Origin: a bacterium
Lineage (GTDB): Bacteria > UBA8248
Length of the DNA: 64,000 bases
Assembly (NCBI GenBank): GCA_965204535.1
Contig: CBDBEV010000001.1
Span: 64,001-128,000 of the forward strand
Direction of reading: 5' to 3'
Under the pieces are notes generated by a model. That model searched no databases, was not told where the DNA came from, and was given only the letters and a program-made list of their open reading frames with translations. Position 1 is the stretch's first letter, and every line of letters begins with the position of its first letter. The position numbers and the translations under genes were made by a program. Below, piece by piece: positions 37,643 to 47,361 of this stretch.

Positions 37643-38434
37643 TTATGCCTCAGGTTTTCTCACCAGAAAGGCGTAGCGATTGAGACTGAAAAAATACTCG
37701 CCGCGCTCGCCGAGCGCCGTCAAATCCTCCGCCCAGGCTTTGGCCTCTTCCTTCGCCACGCCGCCCACTCGGATGACGAAGGGCACGATGACGCTCACCA
37801 TCCCGTGGCTGTAGTTCTCCGCAGGATACTCCGTATTGAGAAGCGGCAAAACCCTCAAGTCTAAAATCTCGAAGCCGGCATTTTGCAGCAGGGACGATAG
37901 CCTTCTCGGCAGGTGGGGGTCCGCCAGATGCGCGTCCCATGCGGTGAAAATCCGCTTCGCCCGTTCGGCGTCCTGCGCGTTCCACACGAGCGAGCCCCAA
38001 TCGGTGTCCATGATGAGGGCGCGGCCACCCGGCCGCAGGACGCGGAAAAGCTCCGCCAGGGCGGCTTCCATGTCGGTGACGTATTCATACACCTGGGAGA
38101 TGATGGCCGCATCGAAACCGCCATCCTCGAAAGGGAGGCTCAGCGCGTCGGCCTCGCGGAACGACACCTGCGGCTGCGATGCGCATCGCTTCTCGGCGAG
38201 GGCGAGCATGGGCGCGCTCTTGTCCACGCCCAAAACGGCGCCCCCCTCCCCCACCATGCGCCCGGCTTCCAGCGTCATGAAGCCGGGGCCGGAACCCAAA
38301 TCGAGCACGCGCTCACCCGGCCGGGGAGCGATCATCTCCAGAAGGACGCCTCGCTGCGCGGCCACGTCCGCCGTCGTGTAAACGGCCTCGACGCGCCGTG
38401 CCGCTTTCTCATCAAAACCGGGGGGCTGGCTCAT
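37643..38434 (-). CDS. Class I SAM-dependent methyltransferase
   Basis: VLDLGSGPG and RVLRPGG motifs. Confidence 0.88.
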   Translation of the reverse strand: MSQPPGFDEKAARRVEAVYTTADVAAQRGVLLEMIAPRPGERVLDLGSGPGFMTLEAGRMVGEGGAVLGVDKSAPMLALAEKRCASQPQVSFREADALSLPFEDGGFDAAIISQVYEYVTDMEAALAELFRVLRPGGRALIMDTDWGSLVWNAQDAERAKRIFTAWDAHLADPHLPRRLSSLLQNAGFEILDLRVLPLLNTEYPAENYSHGMVSVIVPFVIRVGGVAKEEAKAWAEDLTALGERGEYFFSLNRYAFLVRKPEA

Positions 38435-38541
38435 GCGGCGCTTTCTCTCATCGTTTCATTGCCTTTTCAGTCGAAACCGATTCAATTCAATTTGTTCTTA
38501 ACACAAAAACGGACGGGATGTCCGGTGTCGGGGAGGCATGC

Positions 38542-39077
38542 GGGGTTGTTGAAGAAGCCCTTGCGGGTCCTGCTCGACCAAGGAGAAGAAAAAAACTCCC
38601 CACCTGGAGGGGCCTGTTGAAAAAGTCCCGTGGAGCGATTTTGGTTGAGCGCACGCTTTTGAAGTTCACTCCCCCCTTGAGGGGGAGTCGATGAAGCCGA
38701 GCGGTTTGTGCGAAGGCGGAATCGGTGGGGGGTGAATCGCGTTTTATCGCCATTCCGAATTATACCCCCCACCGAATCGCTTGCGGACTTACGCCCTTAG
38801 CTCTTCGACTCCCCCTCAAGGGCTTGTTGATAAACCCCGAGAGGAAAATTTGTTTGTGTGTAGGGGTCGCATATATGCGACCCTGATTTTTTTGCCCACT
38901 ACAAGGGCCGCATGTATGCGGCCCCTACAAAACCGCCCCTCCTCGGTCGCACAAAACCCTCGTTCATCAGGACTTTTTCAACAGGCCCCTCAAGGGGGGA
39001 GTTTTCCCCTCTCCTTGGGCAATAGTAACCCTCAAGGGGGAGTGATTCATTTTTCTTAGGGCTTTTCCAACAGCCCC
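38542..39077. mobile_element. Nested MITE/REP composite
   Basis: Three left TIRs (38542, 38610, 38820) and two right TIRs (38988, 39077); long inverted pair with CACTCCCCCCTTGAGGGGGAG ends; GTAG REP doublet at 38859-38928. Confidence 0.7.
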
Positions 39078-39247
39078 GTATACGTCCCCTGCAAACAGCA
39101 TCCCCATAGCCTTTCCCGCGAGAAACACATAGATGCGGCCCGCCGGTTTCCTCCCGAATGACCCCTCCGCCATTGACGCGCGTTTTCCCCAGAACCTATA
39201 AGCCTAATGAAAGCATTTTTCGCGCTCCCGTCATCAATGGACTCTCC

Positions 39248-40444
39248 ATGGCCCCATCGAAAATATTCAACCTTTTCGCGATCGCGGGCAGCCACGCCGT
39301 CAACGCCTTCTACACGCAGCTTCTCATACCCGTACTCCCGCTCATCGTCGCTGAATTCGAACTCAACTACGTGCAGGCGGGCCTCATCGTGACAACCTAT
39401 TCGGTGGCGAACAGCGTCTTTCAGTTCCCCCTTTCCTTCATATCGGACTACACCCGGCGCTGGCGGACGGTCCTGGCGCTTTCCCTGCTCACGCAGGCGC
39501 TGCCCGTTCTGCTCTACGGCTACGCGGCGAACTACTCCCTGCTGCTGCTGTTCGTCTTCATCGGCGGCATCGGGAGCGCGGCCTATCACCCGCCGGCCGT
39601 GGCGCTCATCACGCGCGAGTTGCCCGAGAGGCGCGGTTTCTGCACGGGCCTGTTCAACGGCGGTGGCGAAATGGGGAACATCATCTCGCCCGCCATCGTC
39701 GGCTGGCTCGCCGTCTACCTGGCGAGTTGGCGCATGGCGGCGCAGTTCTACGTCATACCCGGCATCATCTGGGCGGCGCTCATCTGGTTCCGATTTCAGG
39801 ATCAACTCGGAGAGCGCCTCCCCTTCCGCCAGGCGGCGAGGTCCACTTTCGGCGCCCTGTTCCGAAACAAGTCTCTCATGCTCCTCATCGCCCTCTCCTC
39901 GTTCCGGATCATGGGCTTTCGCGGCTTCATGGCTTTTTTGCCGCTTCTTCTGGCGGAGCAATTCGGCTTCGACACCAAAGGGGTGGGTTGGCTGCTAAGC
40001 GCCTATTTTCTCATCGGTTCGACAATGTCCATCATCATCGGCAGGTGGTCGGACAAAACAGGCAGGACGAAGCTCATCGTCGTGCTCACCTTCATGTGCG
40101 CCACCGCTATGGCCTCTCTCACCTGGGTCGCAAGCCTCACGACGCTGTTGCTCGCGCTTTTCGCCGTCGCCTGCATCCTCACGCCGGTGCCCACCCTGGT
40201 GCTGGCCGTCGGCACGGAACTCGTGGACGAGCGGGTGCGCTCGAGTTCGGTGGGAATGATCTATGGCTTCAACGAGGCGGCCAGTGCGCTATCGCCGCTC
40301 GTCGGCGGCCTCGTGGCCGAAGCGATGGGGCTTCAAATGGCGTTCACCTTCTACGCCTCGATGTTCGTTATCGGCGGGTTCATCGCCATCTTCCTGCATA
40401 AAGAAAGCGTCCTGCAGCCCCAGACGCAAGGGGGCGAGACATGA
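39248..40444 (+). CDS. MFS transporter (Fsr-like)
   Basis: Multiple hydrophobic helices; GSAAYHP and GRWSDKTGR motifs; start uncertain. Confidence 0.88.
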   Translation: MAPSKIFNLFAIAGSHAVNAFYTQLLIPVLPLIVAEFELNYVQAGLIVTTYSVANSVFQFPLSFISDYTRRWRTVLALSLLTQALPVLLYGYAANYSLLLLFVFIGGIGSAAYHPPAVALITRELPERRGFCTGLFNGGGEMGNIISPAIVGWLAVYLASWRMAAQFYVIPGIIWAALIWFRFQDQLGERLPFRQAARSTFGALFRNKSLMLLIALSSFRIMGFRGFMAFLPLLLAEQFGFDTKGVGWLLSAYFLIGSTMSIIIGRWSDKTGRTKLIVVLTFMCATAMASLTWVASLTTLLLALFAVACILTPVPTLVLAVGTELVDERVRSSSVGMIYGFNEAASALSPLVGGLVAEAMGLQMAFTFYASMFVIGGFIAIFLHKESVLQPQTQGGET

Positions 40445-41646
40445 GCCGGGCACAGGAACTCGACGCGAGTTTAGGTGAAGGCGGCCCGGCGCAGGATATC
40501 CCCTGGGGCGCACTCGCCATCCTGTTCACCGCCCACTTCGTGGTGGACGGCACGGTGAATTTCATCGCGCCGCTCCTGCCCCTGATTCGCGAGCAATTCC
40601 AGGTCTCACTCTCAACGGGCGGCTTGTTGCTCACCTTCGTCTCGATGAGCGCGGCGCTCTCACAACCCGTAACGGCGATTCTGGTGGACCGCTGGCCGAC
40701 GCTCCCCTGGCTCGCCGTGGGGATGGTGGGCAGCGCGCTTTTCATCACCTCCATCGGCTGGGCGCCCAACTTCACGGCCCTCACCGTCATGGCCGCGGTC
40801 GGCGGTTCGATGGTCGGCCTCTGCCACCCGGACATGGCGTCGCGCGCGGGCGCGCTCTCCGAATACCGGAAGGGACTCGTGGTGAGCGTCTTCATCGCCG
40901 GAGGGCGCGTGGGTCACGGGCTGGGGCCCGTCATCGCCATCGGCATCGTCTCGCTCGGGGGGGACATGAAATGGCTCTGGTCGTTCACCCTGGTCGCCGT
41001 CGCCATGGCCCTGGCGGTGAAATACGGGCTGCCGAAACCCGAATCGCCCCCGGGACGCGGCGACAAGAAAGCCTCTATCTGGGATTTCGTAACAGCGCTT
41101 CGTACAGCGGGCACACCGCTACTTCTGCTCTCCGGCGTCACGATTTGCCGCGCCGTCGTGAACATCAATTTCATCAGCCTGATTCCCTCGCTCTACGCCG
41201 AACACGGCATGAGCATCTGGAGCGGCGGGGCGGCCAGCGCCATTATGCTCACTTCGGGCGCAGTGGGTGTCCTGGCGGGCGGTGTCCTGGGAGACCGTTT
41301 CGGGAAGAAAGAACTCATCGTCGGCGGTATCGGCCTGGGCGCCCTGTGCGTCTGTGCGTTTTTGATTGCGCCGCCCGAGTGGGGCTTCGTGCTGCTGGCT
41401 TTCCTGGGCGTCGCCACCTACCTCCCGATGGGGGTGACGATGGCCTTCGCCCAGCAACTCATGCCCCACAACCGGGGTCTGGCCAGTTCCATCACGCTCG
41501 GACTCTCGTGGTTCATCGCGAGCCTTTCGGTCTACCCGATGTCCGTTCTCGGCGAGTGGTTCGGCCTGGCCAACGCCTTCTGGGCGCTGCCCGGCTTTTT
41601 CATCGCCGCCTGCGCGTTCGCGCTATTCCTGCCGAGAGTCCGATGA
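40441..41646 (+). CDS. MFS transporter (Fsr-like)
   Basis: AHFVVD, GLCHP and GVLGDRFGKK motifs; ATGA overlap with the previous gene. Confidence 0.88.
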   Translation: MSRAQELDASLGEGGPAQDIPWGALAILFTAHFVVDGTVNFIAPLLPLIREQFQVSLSTGGLLLTFVSMSAALSQPVTAILVDRWPTLPWLAVGMVGSALFITSIGWAPNFTALTVMAAVGGSMVGLCHPDMASRAGALSEYRKGLVVSVFIAGGRVGHGLGPVIAIGIVSLGGDMKWLWSFTLVAVAMALAVKYGLPKPESPPGRGDKKASIWDFVTALRTAGTPLLLLSGVTICRAVVNINFISLIPSLYAEHGMSIWSGGAASAIMLTSGAVGVLAGGVLGDRFGKKELIVGGIGLGALCVCAFLIAPPEWGFVLLAFLGVATYLPMGVTMAFAQQLMPHNRGLASSITLGLSWFIASLSVYPMSVLGEWFGLANAFWALPGFFIAACAFALFLPRVR

Positions 41647-41667
41647 TTCACGCGCATAAAACGCGCA

Positions 41668-41702
41668 TAAAAAAAGACGGCCCTCGAGGAGCCGCCTTTT
41701 CT
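41668..41702. terminator. Probable bidirectional terminator
   Basis: AAAAAAAGACGGC-loop-GCCGCCTTTT between convergent genes. Confidence 0.6.
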
Positions 41703-41713
41703 GTTCGCTTCGC

Positions 41714-42352
41714 TTAAGCCGTTACGGCCTGCTCGGCCAGGAGTTCATCGAGCACCCGGTCGACGCGGGGCTGCTCCGTCCAGCTCGCCTTGTAGGCGAT
41801 GTTTCCCTCCTTGTCGATGACGAAGACCATGTTCGGCATGCGCCCGTAGGCGTTCACCACCGCCTCGTCGATGTCGTCCACCAGCACGGGGATTTTCATG
41901 CCGAATTCGGCCACCAACTCCTTCGCGTAGCCCATCTTGTGCTCGAAGGTGGTGTGCTGGGTGTATTTCTTGAAGTACTTGCGCTCCTGCGCGTGGGGCT
42001 CCTTGGAATATACGACGAAGAACTCGACGTCCTCCTCCTTGTAGCGCTCATGCAACTCGTCCATGCCCGGCACCTGCCGGCGGAATGGCGGTCACGTGAT
42101 GGCGCCGAACTCCAAGACGATGTTCTTCTTCCCGCGGAAATCGGCCAGGTCCACGAGTTCTCCAGACGTGCTCTGGAGTTTTACCGGAGGCGCGGGTTGG
42201 CCGGGTTTCAGTTGATCCTCGAACGCCTTGTGGCGAACTTTTCTGAATCCGCTCAACTCGCGCTTGATCATCAGAAACGGGTCCAGGTACCACATGCTCC
42301 ACAAGCCCCCGAGAGGGCCGGGCGGCCTGTCGATATAGTCTTCTTTCTGCAT
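41714..42352 (-). CDS. Iodothyronine-deiodinase-like thioredoxin-fold selenoprotein, 212 aa, Sec at UGA 42092-42094
   Basis: Track ORFs 42092-42352 and 41714-42073 join in frame as VLEFGAIT-U-PPFRRQV...FFVVYSKEPH...YGRMPN; AGGAGGT RBS. Confidence 0.88.
42067..42094 (-). promoter_or_regulatory. SECIS-like hairpin of the deiodinase-like gene
   Basis: UGA, then 11 nt (CCGCCATTCCG), then CCGGC-AGGT-GCCGG. Confidence 0.78.
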
Positions 42353-42468
42353 CTATCAACCTCCTATGAAAAGATGAATGGCGAACAAGAAAAACTAGTG
42401 TATTTCCATAATTTTGTCGATTCTGTGAAGGAGAACCGCCTCGCGCGCGTGAGTATCGGGAGTCAGGC

Positions 42469-43236
42469 TCAGGCCTCATGCCTTTCAAACGCGCTCCAGT
42501 AGACGTCCATCACCCTCTTGAAACCCACGCTTTCGAACACGCGCTCGGAGGCCTCGTTTCCCGCCACGATGTAGCAATACGCCTCGCGCCCCCTGGCGAA
42601 TTGTGCCTCGATCAGGGCGGACACCACCACGCGCGCGAGCCCCTGGCCGCGGAATTGATCCATCGTGTGCAGCATGCCGATTGAGCCGTTCGCATGAACG
42701 ACCATGTAGGAGGCGAGTTCGCCCCCGATGCGTATCGCGGCGGTGGGCGCGTTTCGGATTCTCGCCAGAGCGTATTCCTCCCCCTGGTCGTAGGGTGAAT
42801 TCTCGGCCAGCGTCTTCGCATCCTCGCTTTCAAGGCTTCCGATGCGGTGCGAGCTGAAAACGGGCCTGAAATCTTTTTTCTCGAGAATGAACATGCCCAC
42901 GGGCGAGCCCCGGATGAGTTTTCTTCGCCTCTCAACCGCCTTTTGAACCTCGAGAGTGACAGAGGAGAACTTGAGATACCCGTCGCTCTCTTCCATCTGC
43001 GCGGAGAGGCGCTCCAAGTCTCCCAGTTTTGCGAGTATCGCCTCGGGCCGCCCGAGCGGCGCGAGCCAGCCGCGTCCGGTGTGCACCGCCAGTCGTGGCG
43101 CGGTGAGGTCGTCCACCCAAAGAGAAACGTCCTCTCCACCCTCGGCGATGGCTTCCGTGAAGCGCAACCGGAGCGGCCCCTGCGCGCGCAGGAATTTCTG
43201 AAAAGATTCGCTATGGGGGTTCTCCAAACGAAACAA
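42469..43236 (-). CDS. GNAT acetyltransferase (FR47-like C-terminal domain)
   Basis: FRGQGLA and NEASERVFESVGF motifs. Confidence 0.85.
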   Translation of the reverse strand: MFRLENPHSESFQKFLRAQGPLRLRFTEAIAEGGEDVSLWVDDLTAPRLAVHTGRGWLAPLGRPEAILAKLGDLERLSAQMEESDGYLKFSSVTLEVQKAVERRRKLIRGSPVGMFILEKKDFRPVFSSHRIGSLESEDAKTLAENSPYDQGEEYALARIRNAPTAAIRIGGELASYMVVHANGSIGMLHTMDQFRGQGLARVVVSALIEAQFARGREAYCYIVAGNEASERVFESVGFKRVMDVYWSAFERHEA

Positions 43237-43353
43237 TTTTCGCTACACTCCCATGCTGATGAGAACGCCGCTCCCTTGGAGGGGTGATTATACCCGTTCA
43301 TCCTCTCGAATGAAGAGACGGGGCGCCTAAAATAGACCACCACAGGAGAGAAA

Positions 43354-44427
43354 ATGAAGGAATATCGCATCATCACCATCCCGGGGGACGGAATCGGCCC
43401 CGAACTCATGGAGGCCACCATCGCGGTTCTCGAAGCCGTACAGGAGGTGAACGGGGCCTTGAAACTCAACCTCGAAGAACACGAAGCAGGCGCGGGCCGC
43501 TACGCCAAGTACGGCAAGCGCATCAGCGATGAAACCCTGCAGGCCTGCCACGAGGCGGACGGCATCCTCAAATCGCCCGTGGGCGACCCGGCCGTCCGCA
43601 CGCCGGAGGGCACCGAGGGCGGGCTTCTCGGCGGCGTACTCAGAACCAGTCTCGACGTCTTCGCCAACATGCGGCCCGTCAAGCTCTACCCGGGCATCCG
43701 GAGTCCCCTGGCGGGCTATGAACCCGGCAACATCGATTACGTCGTGATTCGCGAGAACACGGAAGGCCTCTACGCCTCGCGCGACAAGGGGGTCGGCGGC
43801 CCCGAAGCCGTGGCCGACACCCTCATCATCACCCGAAAAGGGGCGGAGCGCGTGGCGAGATTCGCCTTCGAGCTCGCGCGCAAAAGAAACGGCGCCCCCG
43901 AAGACGGCGTGCGGCGCGTCACCTGCGTGGACAAGGGCAACGTCCTGCGCTCCCTGGCGTTTTTCCGAGAAATTTTCTTTGAAGTCGCCGCCGATTACCC
44001 CGATATCCAGGCGGAAACACTGTATTCGGACGCCTGCGCCTACAATCTGGTGATTCGCCCCGAACACTACGACGTGCTCGTGATGGAGAACATGCTGGGC
44101 GATTTGCTGAGCGATTTGGGCGGCGCCACGGCGGGCGGCCTCGGCATGTGTCCTTCGGGGAACATCGGGGAGAAATTCGCCTTCTTCGAGGCGGTACACG
44201 GCTCGGCCCCCGACATCGCCGGTCAAGGAATCGCCAACCCTTTGAGCCTCATTCTCTCCGCCGCTCTCATGCTCGCCCACATCGGGGAGAGCGAGGCCGC
44301 GAAGCAGATTGAAACCAGCGTGTGGGGAGCACTCCAAGCCGGGGAAATCCGCCTCGACGGCAAGGGGCGCTCCGTCGACGGCTCCAAGGCCATCACCGAG
44401 GCGGTGTGCGCCCGCGTGAGGGGATGA
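43354..44427 (+). CDS. Isocitrate/isopropylmalate/tartrate dehydrogenase family (LeuB-like)
   Basis: PGDGIGPE, RENTEGLY, NMLGDLLSD and EAVHGSAPDIAG motifs. Confidence 0.9.
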   Translation: MKEYRIITIPGDGIGPELMEATIAVLEAVQEVNGALKLNLEEHEAGAGRYAKYGKRISDETLQACHEADGILKSPVGDPAVRTPEGTEGGLLGGVLRTSLDVFANMRPVKLYPGIRSPLAGYEPGNIDYVVIRENTEGLYASRDKGVGGPEAVADTLIITRKGAERVARFAFELARKRNGAPEDGVRRVTCVDKGNVLRSLAFFREIFFEVAADYPDIQAETLYSDACAYNLVIRPEHYDVLVMENMLGDLLSDLGGATAGGLGMCPSGNIGEKFAFFEAVHGSAPDIAGQGIANPLSLILSAALMLAHIGESEAAKQIETSVWGALQAGEIRLDGKGRSVDGSKAITEAVCARVRG

Positions 44428-44428
44428 T

Positions 44429-45115
44429 TCAGGAAAACCGCTCGCGCAGGAGGGTCCACACGGCGATGAAACCGTCTCGCCACGTTATCTTCTTGCCCTC
44501 CGCGTAGGTACGTCCGTAGTAGGAAATCGGCACCTCGTAGATGCGCCATTTCGCGGGTTTCAGGATTTTCGCGGTGAATTCCGGCTCGAAGTCGAACCCC
44601 CTGGCGCGGATTTTCATGTCCTTCACCACCTCGCGGCGGAACATCTTGTAGCAGGTCTCCATGTCGGTGAGCGTGCAGTTGAAAAGCAGATTCGCCAGCG
44701 TGGTCAGCATCCAATTTCCCACCTTGTGCCAGAACATGTGCACGCGCTGGGGTTTTCCCCCGAAACGCGTACCGTAGACCACGTCGGCCGCCCCCCGGCG
44801 TATCGGGTCATAGAGATCGGTGTATTCGGCGGGGTCGTACTCCAGATCCGCATCCTGCACGACGATCACGTCCCCGTTCGCCGACGCGAAGCCATCGCAC
44901 AGGGCGGCTCCTTTCCCCTCGTTTTTCTCGCGGTAGATGACGCGCGCGCCGTTTTGTTCAATCTCGGCCAGGATATCCCTGGTGCCGTCCGTGCTGCCAT
45001 CGTCCACGATGATGAGTTCGATGTTCATCGGCACAGACTGGACGCGGGCTACGATTTCGCGGATCGTGTCGTGTTCGTTGTAGCACGGCATCACCACGCT
45101 CAGTAAATCCGTCAT
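44429..45115 (-). CDS. GT2 glycosyltransferase (polyprenol-phosphate mannosyltransferase-like)
   Basis: PCYNE, DDGSTDGT, QDADLEY and DMETCYK motifs. Confidence 0.92.
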   Translation of the reverse strand: MTDLLSVVMPCYNEHDTIREIVARVQSVPMNIELIIVDDGSTDGTRDILAEIEQNGARVIYREKNEGKGAALCDGFASANGDVIVVQDADLEYDPAEYTDLYDPIRRGAADVVYGTRFGGKPQRVHMFWHKVGNWMLTTLANLLFNCTLTDMETCYKMFRREVVKDMKIRARGFDFEPEFTAKILKPAKWRIYEVPISYYGRTYAEGKKITWRDGFIAVWTLLRERFS

Positions 45116-45327
45116 CTGGCCATCATCGCTCACCGCAGGTCTCCATCCGAGGGTCGGGCGCATCATTCGTTTACGAGGGTATCGCGCCAAAGCCTACATG
45201 CTCCCCCCTGCATGGTCAATTTATTTTTAAGCCCTAAAAGCTCTCAGGCTTGGCAAGCGTTGCCCTCCGTGAGAGTATCTCCGCGCCGATAATTTAATGA
45301 AAATCACTTAAATTCCAGGATATTTAT

Positions 45328-46455
45328 ATGTCATCTGCCTTGCTTGAAAGAATGAAGACGCTGTGCGCCCTGCCCGGCCCGCCGGGTCATGAGGGCGCCG
45401 TGCGCGACGCCATCGCGGAGATGGTGAAAGACAGCGCGAGCGAGTTGCGGCGCGACGATATCGGGAACCTCATTGCCCGGCACGAGGCGAACGAGTCAGC
45501 GCCTCACATCGTGCTGGAATGCCATATGGACGAAGTCGGCCTCATCGTCACGAAAGTCGAGGCGGGCGGCGCGATTCGCTTTGAAAAAGTGGGGCTCGTG
45601 GCGGATGCGATTTTCCCCGGACGCGAGGTCGCCCTCCTGACGCTGGACGGGAATCTCCACCGGGGCGTCGTCAACGTGCGCAGCGGACATCTCCAGTCCC
45701 TACAGGGCCAGGAACACCCCGGCGTCGACGAGATGTGGATAGACTTGGGCGCTTCGGACGATGCGCCGATTCGCGCCCTCGGGATAGAAGCAGGCACGCC
45801 GGGCGTATTCCACAGCCCCTTCATCCAGCTTCCAGGGGGAGCGTGGAAATCGAAGGCGGTGGACAACCGCTCGGGCTGCGCCCTGTGCGTGGAGGCGTTC
45901 ATCAACACGGCGAACTCTCTATCGGACAGGCTCCGCCTGAGCGCCGCCTTCTGCGCGCAGGAGGAAATCGGCGGGCGCGGCGCTTCGGTTCTTTCGGTGG
46001 ATGAAGGGGGGAGCGATCCCCCCTCTCTCGCCATCGTGCTCGATAACGTGCCCTCGGACGGTCCGGGACGCTCCGACGCCCGTGGGTCCAAGATCGGAGC
46101 CGGGCCGGTGTTGCGCAGGTACGATCACCAGCCCATGAGCCTTTACGGCTATATCACCCCGCCGGAGCTTATCCGGTGGGTGAAGGACGTGGCGAGCGAC
46201 GCCCATGTGCCCCTGCAGGAAGACGTGTTCGTGGGCACGTTTCTCGATTCCGCGACTTTAAGCAAATCCCGGCCGGGCGGCTTGCCCGTCGTGCCGATCA
46301 ACATGCCCAGACGCTATTCCCACAGTCCGGTGGAGACTTTCATGGAATCGGACCTGGAAGCCATGGCGGCGCTCATCGGCGCTCTTTTGCGCTCCGCCGC
46401 CGAGGGAGGAGCGCCGGATTTGAGGCGGGATTATTTGTCGCCCTCTGATGCTTGA
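45328..46455 (+). CDS. M42 family aminopeptidase
   Basis: HMDEVG, DNRSG, QEEIG and RYSHSPVE motifs. Confidence 0.87.
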   Translation: MSSALLERMKTLCALPGPPGHEGAVRDAIAEMVKDSASELRRDDIGNLIARHEANESAPHIVLECHMDEVGLIVTKVEAGGAIRFEKVGLVADAIFPGREVALLTLDGNLHRGVVNVRSGHLQSLQGQEHPGVDEMWIDLGASDDAPIRALGIEAGTPGVFHSPFIQLPGGAWKSKAVDNRSGCALCVEAFINTANSLSDRLRLSAAFCAQEEIGGRGASVLSVDEGGSDPPSLAIVLDNVPSDGPGRSDARGSKIGAGPVLRRYDHQPMSLYGYITPPELIRWVKDVASDAHVPLQEDVFVGTFLDSATLSKSRPGGLPVVPINMPRRYSHSPVETFMESDLEAMAALIGALLRSAAEGGAPDLRRDYLSPSDA

Positions 46456-46493
46456 AATCCTACAAAAACCGCACTTTAGGAGAAACGAAGCCT

Positions 46494-47345
46494 GTGTCGA
46501 AAGTAATTCGCGTCGCCCACAGCCCCGATTCGGACGATGCCTTCATGTTCCACGCCCTGGCGAACGAGAAGATCGCGCAGGGCGAATATGAATTCATCCA
46601 TGAACTCCACGACATCGAGACGCTGAACCAAGCCGCTTTCGAGGGAAAGTACGAGGTGAGCGCCATCAGCTTTCATGCGTATTGCCACCTGGCGGACCGC
46701 TACGCCATTTTGCCGCACGGGGCGAGCTTCGGGGAGAATTACGGCCCCGTCATCATCTCGCGTGAGCCCATGACGCCAGAGGCGCTCCGGGACGCGGAAA
46801 TCGCCATCCCCGGCTTGCTGACGACGGCCTATCTCACGCTACGCCTCTATCTGGGGGGCGAGGAGCCGAAACACCGCGTAGTGCATTTCGACCACATCAT
46901 GGACGAGGTGAAGAAGGGCGCCTCGCCGGCGGGGCTTCTCATTCACGAGGGCCAGCTCACCTATGAGGAGGAGGGCTTTCATCTCGTCGAAGACCTCGGC
47001 AAGTGGTGGATGCGCGAAACCGGAGGCCCCCTGCCCCTGGGCTGCAACGTCATCAGAAAAGATTTAGGCCCCGAAGTGGTGGGCGAGGTGAGCCGCCTGC
47101 TTCACCAGAGCATCGTCTACGCGCTGGAGAACCGGGACGAGGCGCTCGACCACGCCATGGCCTACGCCAGGGATCTGCCGCGTGACAAGGCGGACGTATT
47201 CGTCGGCATGTACGTGAACGAATGGACGCGCTCATACGGTGATGCCGGGCGAAAAGCCGTCTCCACGCTGTTGAACCGCGCAGCGGAGGCAGGCATCATT
47301 CCCGAACAAATTGAGCCGGAATTCGTAGCCTCATCCACAAGCTGA
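46494..47345 (+). CDS. mqnD: 1,4-dihydroxy-6-naphthoate synthase (futalosine menaquinone pathway)
   Basis: AHSPDSDDAFMF, DIETLN, LIHEGQLTY, LPLG and MYVN motifs. Confidence 0.88.
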   Translation: MSKVIRVAHSPDSDDAFMFHALANEKIAQGEYEFIHELHDIETLNQAAFEGKYEVSAISFHAYCHLADRYAILPHGASFGENYGPVIISREPMTPEALRDAEIAIPGLLTTAYLTLRLYLGGEEPKHRVVHFDHIMDEVKKGASPAGLLIHEGQLTYEEEGFHLVEDLGKWWMRETGGPLPLGCNVIRKDLGPEVVGEVSRLLHQSIVYALENRDEALDHAMAYARDLPRDKADVFVGMYVNEWTRSYGDAGRKAVSTLLNRAAEAGIIPEQIEPEFVASSTS

Positions 47346-47361
47346 CAAGCGGAGGCGGAGC

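Noticed and set aside
43354-44427. Firm leuB assignment
   Set aside because: It is not linked to leuA or leuCD, and family members (tartrate, homoisocitrate, isopropylmalate dehydrogenases) cannot be separated by eye.
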